A DNA stretch of 32,000 nucleotides from NCBI RefSeq assembly GCF_000341895.1, contig NC_020409.1:240001-272000 (forward strand). Direction: 5' to 3'. Each line of letters begins with the position of its first letter. The first letter of the stretch is position 1. The stretch is from Pseudodesulfovibrio piezophilus C1TLV30. GTDB lineage: Bacteria; Desulfobacterota; Desulfovibrionia; Desulfovibrionales; Desulfovibrionaceae. A program made the position numbers and the translations under genes. Below the pieces are notes generated by a model, which saw only the letters and a program-made list of their open reading frames with translations, did not search any database and was not told the DNA's origin. Below are positions 16,971 to 23,965 of this stretch, in pieces.

Positions 16971-19244
16971 TCACTTCTCTGTTCCCAATGGAGGACGCCT
17001 GTCCACAGCGACTGAATTTCCGGGTTTTGATTTAGCAAATTTCTTGATATGTGCGGCTCGTTCTCCAATTTCCATCAAGGAACACTGCCCGCAGATTTCA
17101 ATAACACCGAGAGAGATTGAAACAAGAGGATAATTCCGTTCCATTCCATCTCTTCCTCTGGCTTTGATCCAACCTCTTTTTTTATCTTCAGCACAATAGC
17201 AGTTCCTGACAAGTCTTCCAAAACAGCGTGTTACCGATGTGCAGAACTTCTCCACTGCTTCAGGAGAACTTATCAAGACAAAGTCATCGCCGCCAATATG
17301 GCAGAGACGAGCTTCTTGCCCTGCGTGTTTCTTTGTGGCCCAGCTCATAATATCGGCAGCCAGCCGTATGATTTGGTCGCCATTTTTGAATCCATATGTG
17401 TCATTATAAACCTTGAAGTGATCCAGATCTGCGTAAATAATACTGAAACGCCTTTTCTGTTGGATGCGACTTTCAACTTCTTGTTCTATGGAAACATTTC
17501 CGGGAAGGCCTGTGAGTGGATTTGTTCCTTTAGCCATTTCAACTTGGATTTTTGCCATTGCGTTGAGGAGATCCTGAACTGAAACGACACCGTATAAAAA
17601 ACCTTTTCTGGTAATGATGATATCATCATATGTTTTGAGAGGTTCTCGTTTCATCGCCTTCCGAGCCGCTTGTTCAACGGGCATATCGATATCTACCATG
17701 AGTGGTGTAGGGTCCATGACTGTTTCAATCGCCCGTTTATAATAAAGAGCTATGCCGTATTGCGACGAAAGCTGTCTGTTGAGATGATATTCCATGACAA
17801 GTCCTTTGGGGATATTGTCTTCTGCAACAATGATGCTTGAGAATCGGCTGTTCTTTTTAAAAAAACTTTGTGCAGTTGAAACGAGATGAGTTGGTGTGAT
17901 GGCATGTGGCGGTTTTGCCAAGTCTCCAATTGGTAATGAGCATGTGATGCTTTTGTTAGCTATATCGCCGACGGATTGGAGTTCTTGACAGGATGTTGTC
18001 AATTCCGGTTTTGGAAATGCAGGGCGAGCCATGAAAAAGCCCTGTCCACAGTGTACCCCTATATCTTTCAGGCAAACAGCTTGTTCCATTGACTCGACAC
18101 CTTCACCAATTATCTGAGATCCAATTTTATCCGCAAAAGTCACCGTTGTTTCAACTAAGGCTCGTTTGACCGGGTCCTTGTGGATATCGTCAATAAGCGA
18201 TTTGTCCAATTTTATATATTCGGGTTGTAGTTCTGCGATCGTTGTTAACCCAGCATACCCGGCACCTGCATCATCAACTGCCACTTTGAACCCCTGGCTT
18301 CGGTAATGATCAAGAGTGCGGTAGAAAAGATCGAATTCTTGAACACTGTGTCTTTCCGTAATCTCAAAAACAACATTGTCTGCATTGAGTCCGGCTTTAT
18401 CCATGAGTTCAAGAGTCTTTCCTGGTGTAAATTCAGGATCTGCCATTGTTTTGGGATGAATATTTAAAAAAAGTTTTTGTCCAGCTTGCAGTTCTCCGGC
18501 ATGTGCAATTGCTGATTCTCGACACAGTTTTTCCAAGGCAAAAAGGCGGCCTAATTGTTCTGCTGTTTCAAAGAGAATGACAGGCGATCTGAAAGAAGAC
18601 CCTTGCGGCCCTCGTGTCAAAGCTTCCCATCCCAGTATAGATCCAGTTTTGAAATTGAGAATTGGTTGGTATTTTGTTGAAACCAAGCCTTGCGAAAGAA
18701 TCGTATTAAATCTGCTGGCAATAGAAAGACCTTTCATGTTCAGGGGAATACGGATCATCCGCCTTGCTTCTTCTAAGGCTACGGGGAAGCTTTCTTCCGC
18801 AGCATTCTTTTCACCGATCTCTATCGTTGCGTAGCCCATCCCAAGGTCGATTCCGAGACCCGTTTGGCGAAACATGGTTTTTTTAAGACCGTTTTGGGCT
18901 TGGGTCTTGAATTCATAAGCGACGTCAGCGGGGGCATTTTTCTGAGGAGAAAGGAAGGCGACCTCTCCAGGACCGACTGAGGTTATATCGATTTCATTGG
19001 AGTTATTTGTCTCATCTTTGAGAATTTGTTTCAGTTCGAATTCTAGCTGTTCGATGAAACTGGTTCCATACATCTCTTTGAGAATATAATAATCTTTTAT
19101 TGCTATGAGAATAAGCGTGAAGACAGTATTTTGAGCGAAGCGTTTCTTTTGCAACACTTCGTCTGGTAGCTCCATATGCATCGTATCCCCTTGGTCTGTA
19201 AATCTCCAATTCTGCATGAATCTTGCGAGCAAGGACTTATTCAT
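16971..19244 (-). CDS. Multidomain c-di-GMP turnover protein: degenerate GGDEF-like N-domain, EAL, tandem CBS, C-terminal GGDEF (GGDDF variant)
   Basis: 757 aa, residue positions counted by hand.
- EAL motifs: WEALTRG (aa 206-212), EITER, VAVDDAGAGY, KLDKSL, GEGVES, GQGF.
- CBS pair: about aa 445-565.
- GGDEF fold: ADLDHFKVYNDTYGFKNGDQ...HIGGDDFVLIS. GGDDF is aa 651-655, encoded at nt 17280-17294.
- N-terminal about 170 aa: looks like a degenerate GGDEF (LILIAIKDY...MYG...GPGEVAFLS). Confidence 0.85.
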   Translation of the reverse strand: MNKSLLARFMQNWRFTDQGDTMHMELPDEVLQKKRFAQNTVFTLILIAIKDYYILKEMYGTSFIEQLEFELKQILKDETNNSNEIDITSVGPGEVAFLSPQKNAPADVAYEFKTQAQNGLKKTMFRQTGLGIDLGMGYATIEIGEKNAAEESFPVALEEARRMIRIPLNMKGLSIASRFNTILSQGLVSTKYQPILNFKTGSILGWEALTRGPQGSSFRSPVILFETAEQLGRLFALEKLCRESAIAHAGELQAGQKLFLNIHPKTMADPEFTPGKTLELMDKAGLNADNVVFEITERHSVQEFDLFYRTLDHYRSQGFKVAVDDAGAGYAGLTTIAELQPEYIKLDKSLIDDIHKDPVKRALVETTVTFADKIGSQIIGEGVESMEQAVCLKDIGVHCGQGFFMARPAFPKPELTTSCQELQSVGDIANKSITCSLPIGDLAKPPHAITPTHLVSTAQSFFKKNSRFSSIIVAEDNIPKGLVMEYHLNRQLSSQYGIALYYKRAIETVMDPTPLMVDIDMPVEQAARKAMKREPLKTYDDIIITRKGFLYGVVSVQDLLNAMAKIQVEMAKGTNPLTGLPGNVSIEQEVESRIQQKRRFSIIYADLDHFKVYNDTYGFKNGDQIIRLAADIMSWATKKHAGQEARLCHIGGDDFVLISSPEAVEKFCTSVTRCFGRLVRNCYCAEDKKRGWIKARGRDGMERNYPLVSISLGVIEICGQCSLMEIGERAAHIKKFAKSKPGNSVAVDRRPPLGTEK

Positions 19245-19353
19245 CTTTCCCTTCCGTAAACCAACTCTTTTTTTGAGTGTTTCTGGTTAACCGAAATTCA
19301 AGTTCCTTATTCCTACATCTCTCCAAGACTCTATTGTTACTGCTCAGTGACAA

Positions 19354-19380
19354 TTGACGAGTGATTTTGTGACATATAAA
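19354..19380 (+). promoter_or_regulatory. Candidate sigma70-like promoter on the plus strand (TTGACG-N15-TATAAA)
   Basis: TTGACG at 19354-19359 and TATAAA at 19375-19380, each a 5/6 match to consensus. The 15-nt spacer is short. The element sits in an AT-rich intergenic region, so a chance match is quite possible. Confidence 0.2.
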
Positions 19381-19391
19381 AAGGCGTAAAA
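19378..19391 (-). promoter_or_regulatory. 14-nt motif AAAAAGGCGTAAAA (minus-strand TTTTACGCCTTTTT), copy 1, upstream of the c-di-GMP gene
   Basis: Exact 14-mer also present at 20494-20507, upstream of the next minus-strand gene. Confidence 0.3.
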
Positions 19392-19483
19392 TAAGAATGG
19401 GATACATAAAGGGAAAAAATAATAAAATTGGGAGGATTAGGTCTCTATAATTCTTCTGTGCTCTCTGGAAAAAACTTTGTTTG

Positions 19484-19541
19484 GAGTCATTCAATTAAAA
19501 ATCCCCCAGCCATGGCTGGGGGATTTTTAATTGAATGACTC
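19484..19541. terminator. 58-nt perfect palindrome containing a GC-rich terminator core (bidirectional terminator / palindromic element)
   Basis: GAGTCATTCAATTAAAAATCCCCCAGCCA|TGGCTGGGGGATTTTTAATTGAATGACTC is its own reverse complement over all 58 nt. The core CCCCCAGCCATGGCTGGGGG is flanked by A5/T5. It lies 17 nt downstream of the stop of the 19558-20445 gene. Confidence 0.7.
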
Positions 19542-19557
19542 ATTCTTTTTCCGAAAA

Positions 19558-20445
19558 TTATTTCCCAACCATTTTTCCGCGATATTTCGAACCACTGGAG
19601 TAAAATGTATTATATACAAGCGTGAGTACACAGGCGAAGCTTGCCGATCCTATGCCAATGAGGACATTGTAAAATGGTGGAGCAGTTAAGGCTAGACGAA
19701 TCAGTAATGTTGCGAGGGCAAAGCCTGAGTTGCGAAAAATAGCATGGAATTCAGGCAGGAACCGTTGCGCTATAAGGACAAGCATGATGTCACTGAATAT
19801 CAGGACTGTGTAGAAACTTTGGAAAAAATGAAAGGGTTGTTCTCCGTGCAGGAAGAGCAGTCCGTTTTTTATTGCCATCCCGATGAATATGGTAAGCATT
19901 GAGAGAGCAACAATCTTTTTTGCTGCGACAAATTTAAAAAGGATTTGTCCTTTAGTAACAGTATCTTCAAGGTGTTGGCGAAGTAGTGTATAGACTCCGA
20001 GCAAACCGAATATCGCAATAGCTCCCCCCCCGTCAGAGAGGATGATCCATAGCTCCTGTTCATGGCCTGTAATAGTGATGGGTTCTGGGAACCCTGCGAG
20101 AGTCTTGAAAGAGCTTCGCAAAAGGATAAGGGCCAATATCTCAAATTGTTTGCCTACGGCTTTGGAGATGGAACACGGTAAGGTGAATATCAGACTGATT
20201 ACTTCGAGGATCAGGACAAGGGTAAAAGCCAGGTTGATAGCCATGTAATGGCTTGTAGGAATCATGTCGGCAACAGGGCCGGTGATCCACCCCTGGCGCT
20301 TCATTTCAATGGTTCCTAAAGCCAGGAAAAAGACGATGACAAGAATGCCTGCTACTGAACGCTGAGTTTCGTCGCGCTCCCAGAAATAGTGAAGCGGGTC
20401 GAAAATGTGTGTGGCAGTATCATATATGAACGTTAAAGGCTGCAT
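19558..20445 (-). CDS. Polytopic inner-membrane protein of unrecognised family (about 8 predicted TM helices)
   Basis: 295 aa with an ATG start preceded by AGGGTGA. There are repeated 18-24 residue hydrophobic stretches (ILVIVFFLALGTI, AINLAFTLVLILEVISLIFTL, AIAIFGLLGVYTLL, IVALSMLTIFIGMAI, FYTVLIFSDIMLVLIA, VLIGIGSASFACVLTLV). I recognise no catalytic or transporter motif. Confidence 0.6.
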   Translation of the reverse strand: MQPLTFIYDTATHIFDPLHYFWERDETQRSVAGILVIVFFLALGTIEMKRQGWITGPVADMIPTSHYMAINLAFTLVLILEVISLIFTLPCSISKAVGKQFEILALILLRSSFKTLAGFPEPITITGHEQELWIILSDGGGAIAIFGLLGVYTLLRQHLEDTVTKGQILFKFVAAKKIVALSMLTIFIGMAIKNGLLFLHGEQPFHFFQSFYTVLIFSDIMLVLIAQRFLPEFHAIFRNSGFALATLLIRLALTAPPFYNVLIGIGSASFACVLTLVYNTFYSSGSKYRGKMVGK

Positions 20446-20493
20446 GATTCACCCTATAGTAAAATCCTCAGAACTAATTGTTACACCTCAATG

Positions 20494-20507
20494 AAAAAGG
20501 CGTAAAA
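20494..20507 (-). promoter_or_regulatory. 14-nt motif AAAAAGGCGTAAAA, copy 2, about 50 nt upstream of the membrane-protein gene
   Basis: Exact repeat of 19378-19391. In the minus orientation it directly follows a small CTTGT-TTCG-ACAAG hairpin downstream of the SNF2 gene. Confidence 0.3.
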
Positions 20508-20562
20508 ACTTGTCGAAACAAGGTAAACAGGAACAATTTCTATCAGGTGGATGCTTCTGTAA

Positions 20563-23500
20563 CTATATTTCAAATAGCATTTCCAGGTCATCACGCGTCA
20601 GGCTTTTCAGAGCGGATTGTCCTGGAATAATTGCTTCGGCAACACCTTTTTTCTGTTCTTGCAGTTTCAATATACGTTCTTCGACCGTGTGCTGGCAGAT
20701 CATTTTATATGCGAACACTTGTCTTTTCTGTCCTATGCGGTGAGTACGATCTGTTGCCTGGTTTTCCACAGCTGGGTTCCACCAAGGATCATAATGGATG
20801 ACATAATCCGCACTCGTCAAGTTAAGACCTGTGCCACCAGCTTTGAGAGAGATCAGAAAGATCGGAATATCCGGGCTGTCGTTGAAACGGTCAACCTGCT
20901 CGAAACGATCTTTGGATGATCCATCAAGATATGTGAAAGGAATTTCTCTAATTTGCAGCCAGTTGCGAATAACATGTAGCATTCGGACAAATTGAGAGAA
21001 CACAAGCACCTTGTGACCGCCTTCAATAATGTCTACGACAAGATCTTTGAAGGCATCGAACTTGCCAGAAGGTAGATTGGTAGAAACGCCAGGCATATCC
21101 AGTTTGAGGAGTCGAGGATGACAGCAAATCTGACGCAATTTCAGGAGTGCATCAAGAATAGACATCTGACTCTTGGCCATGCCTTTTTCTTCGACATCTC
21201 TCAAAACTTGATCCTTCAGTTTCATGGCCAGTGCATTGTAGAGTTCTCGTTGTTCCTCAACAAGCTCACAATAATGTGTGGTTTCAATCTTGGGAGGCAG
21301 GTCCTTGGCAACTTCGGATTTGGTGCGTCTCAAGATAAAGGGTTTTACTCTGGTGCGCAGGTAATCAAGAGTTTCTTCATCTCCATCTTTGATGGGTTTG
21401 ACGATACCACGTTGAAACGAGTGCTGAGATCCCAAGAAACCCGGCATGAGGAACTCGAAGAGTGACCATAATTCGAAAAGATTATTCTCAATAGGCGTAC
21501 CTGACAGGCAAACCCGTAAACCCGCTTCCAGTTTTCGGACTGATCTGGCCGTAATCGTGTTGGGGTTCTTGATATTCTGAGCCTCATCAAGAATGACACT
21601 GGCATAGTCATATTTAAGGAGTTCTTCCAAGTCCCGCCGAAGGAGGGCGTATGTGGTAATAACGAGATGAGATTCCTTAATATATTGAAAAAGGTCATCG
21701 CGTTTGGCTCCATATATGGTGAGCCGCTTAAGATTTGGGACGAATTTTTGTGCTTCACGTTCCCAGTTTGGCAAAACAGAGGTCGGAACAATAATCAAAT
21801 TCGGCCCGGTGATTCCTTTGTCCACCAATGACTGAATATAGGACAATGTCTGGATAGTTTTTCCAAGCCCCATTTCATCGGCCAAAATACCACCGAAGCC
21901 ATATTCGCGTAAAAAGTTCAGATAGCTTAATCCCTGAACCTGGTAAGGTCTGAGTGTGGCTTGAAGTTCCTTGGGTTGGGAAACTATTTTTATCTCTTCA
22001 AAATTGTTTATCTTTTCTTTCAACTTAACAAAGAATTCATCAGTCTGGGCTTGTGGCAGATCTTCAAGTATCTTTTCAAGAATCGGAGCTTCATACTGGT
22101 TAAACTGGGACTTAGGAGCTTTTTCTGGGTCAAATCCGAGGGTTTTGAGCTTGTGCCCCAGTTTATTCAGCCATGATTCAGGCAGGCTTGTGTATGAGCC
22201 GTCTTTGAGTTGAACATATCGTTTCCCCTTGGTCCATGCTTCCCATATGACCTCTATGGGGACACGCTGGTCATCATATTCGACCGAAAGCTCCAGATTG
22301 AACCATTTCTCTTCTTCATCGGTTTCGACTTCGGCCACGACTTGCGGCTGTGTCGTCCGCACCTTGTATCGAGTCAGATTTTGTTCACCGTAAACTCGGT
22401 AGGCTTCAACGAGTTGCGGATAGAAGTCGAGCAGGAAATTAATTGCCTCTTCCTGTTCCATGAACCAAATGTGGTTATTTCTTGGCTGGAAATTCATTTC
22501 CTGCAACTCTGTCATGAGTTGTGCTTCTTCGTCCTGAGCACGTCTTATGAGGTAGGATTTTCCTCCATCGTGGTAGCTTCCGGTTTGTAAATCCGGGTTC
22601 GGCCCAGGCATGATGAATTCACCGTGCTCATTGTCGTAGATATTTTGAATCTTCAGTACCAGCAGGGAACCTTCTTCATCCAAATACAATTTGGGATTAT
22701 AATCCGCTTTTTGGAAAATGGGTCCCACACGTTCAAGAAAATCCTCCTGACCGTACAGGTCAGATACTGGTATCTGTGTCCACACTCTGTCGAGAAATTC
22801 TGAGACGTCTGCGTGGGGAACTATGGGTTTTTGCTCAACCATTCCCTGGACCAGTTTTGGGTCAAGCCCAGTCTGAACAGGATAGAAGGAATTTTTATAA
22901 TAAACCCAGAGGGGGAGGCGCCCATAGAAATAAATCTCTTCTTCATTGGTAATGGAGAAGGGCATTTTGTCTTCGCGTGAAAGCAATATGTCAAAATTTA
23001 GACCATCTTCGTTCAAGGCAGGTGATAGTTTCAACTGCATGGTTTTGGATTCGATGGTGATCGGTTTGTCCGATTCCCTGAGGTAAAGGTAGTATTCGCC
23101 TTTGACAGCTCGGAAAAACCATGAGTGAAGTCCAGCAGGAATTTCAACCTTGTGTCCCCAATAATCAAGATAGTGGCCGATTTGCTCAGCTACACCGGGC
23201 AGGGCCGGACACGTGTCACACCAATCAGGATTCTCGACAATCTGGGCCAAAGTTACTTCATTTTGTACCTGAGAAATTCCGGATTTATTTTGTCGGGCTC
23301 TGAAGAAGGCGACTTGAAGACGGCCTAATTCCGGATATATTCGGTATATGACATAGTGCCTTCCAGCTTCCGGCTCCAATTCCGTGGCAAAGAATGGGCG
23401 GAAAGTTTGTTTCCAGTCCGTCCTTGGGATAGGGACCTGTTCGCCCGGCTCCGAACTAAGAGATTTGAGAAGTTTGACGGCTGTTGCCGCAACATGGCGA

Positions 23501-23772
23501 CACACACCGGAGAAGGAATCCGGGCAGTTACAATAATAATTGATGGTCTGCTCGTTGAGATTCAGGCCGACTTCAGACGTGTAGTTCTGAAAATCATCAC
23601 CCTGAACCTGGCCATCGATGTCCCAGTATTGATCTCGTTTTTTGAGATCAAGCTTGGAAACGCCGTTTGTGGCCACAATGGCATTGGCACCCTCCAGAAT
23701 ATATTCTGGAACGCTATCGCCAATGAATTCCTGCAAAATGGACTTGACTATTTGTTCTTCACCGCTACTCAT
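20563..23772 (-). CDS. SNF2-family helicase/ATPase with N-terminal SWIM zinc finger
   Basis: About 1069 aa. SWIM CxC...CxH motif (YYCNCPDSFSGVCRHVAATAV), SNF2 motif I LADEMGLGKT, motif II DEAQNIKN, and motifs V/VI (SLKAGGTGLNLTSADYVIHYDPWWNP...QATDRTHRIGQ). I place the start at the ATG at 23772, preceded by AGGAAGAG, rather than at the TTG at 23775. Confidence 0.88.
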   Translation of the reverse strand: MSSGEEQIVKSILQEFIGDSVPEYILEGANAIVATNGVSKLDLKKRDQYWDIDGQVQGDDFQNYTSEVGLNLNEQTINYYCNCPDSFSGVCRHVAATAVKLLKSLSSEPGEQVPIPRTDWKQTFRPFFATELEPEAGRHYVIYRIYPELGRLQVAFFRARQNKSGISQVQNEVTLAQIVENPDWCDTCPALPGVAEQIGHYLDYWGHKVEIPAGLHSWFFRAVKGEYYLYLRESDKPITIESKTMQLKLSPALNEDGLNFDILLSREDKMPFSITNEEEIYFYGRLPLWVYYKNSFYPVQTGLDPKLVQGMVEQKPIVPHADVSEFLDRVWTQIPVSDLYGQEDFLERVGPIFQKADYNPKLYLDEEGSLLVLKIQNIYDNEHGEFIMPGPNPDLQTGSYHDGGKSYLIRRAQDEEAQLMTELQEMNFQPRNNHIWFMEQEEAINFLLDFYPQLVEAYRVYGEQNLTRYKVRTTQPQVVAEVETDEEEKWFNLELSVEYDDQRVPIEVIWEAWTKGKRYVQLKDGSYTSLPESWLNKLGHKLKTLGFDPEKAPKSQFNQYEAPILEKILEDLPQAQTDEFFVKLKEKINNFEEIKIVSQPKELQATLRPYQVQGLSYLNFLREYGFGGILADEMGLGKTIQTLSYIQSLVDKGITGPNLIIVPTSVLPNWEREAQKFVPNLKRLTIYGAKRDDLFQYIKESHLVITTYALLRRDLEELLKYDYASVILDEAQNIKNPNTITARSVRKLEAGLRVCLSGTPIENNLFELWSLFEFLMPGFLGSQHSFQRGIVKPIKDGDEETLDYLRTRVKPFILRRTKSEVAKDLPPKIETTHYCELVEEQRELYNALAMKLKDQVLRDVEEKGMAKSQMSILDALLKLRQICCHPRLLKLDMPGVSTNLPSGKFDAFKDLVVDIIEGGHKVLVFSQFVRMLHVIRNWLQIREIPFTYLDGSSKDRFEQVDRFNDSPDIPIFLISLKAGGTGLNLTSADYVIHYDPWWNPAVENQATDRTHRIGQKRQVFAYKMICQHTVEERILKLQEQKKGVAEAIIPGQSALKSLTRDDLEMLFEI

Positions 23773-23965
23773 CAATCAACTCTTCCTATCGCTTTCCCGT
23801 ATTGGACAGGAATATGTACCCTGATCCACCCCATTCGGCAAGATGGAGAAAATATGTTTCTTGAACTCGGCTACTTGGCTTTTCATACCCATTGGTTCAT
23901 AGTAACCGAACTGGCCGATGCACTCACAATTATATGATTCAACCCCCGCAATTTTGCAAGGAAAA

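Noticed and set aside
19237-19494. 85-aa minus-strand ORF filling the gap upstream of the c-di-GMP gene
   Set aside because: Its start codon lies inside the arm of the 58-nt palindrome/terminator and it overlaps the start of the downstream gene. It has no Shine-Dalgarno sequence, and its composition is that of AT-rich non-coding DNA. It is most likely the promoter/leader region of the 16971-19244 gene.
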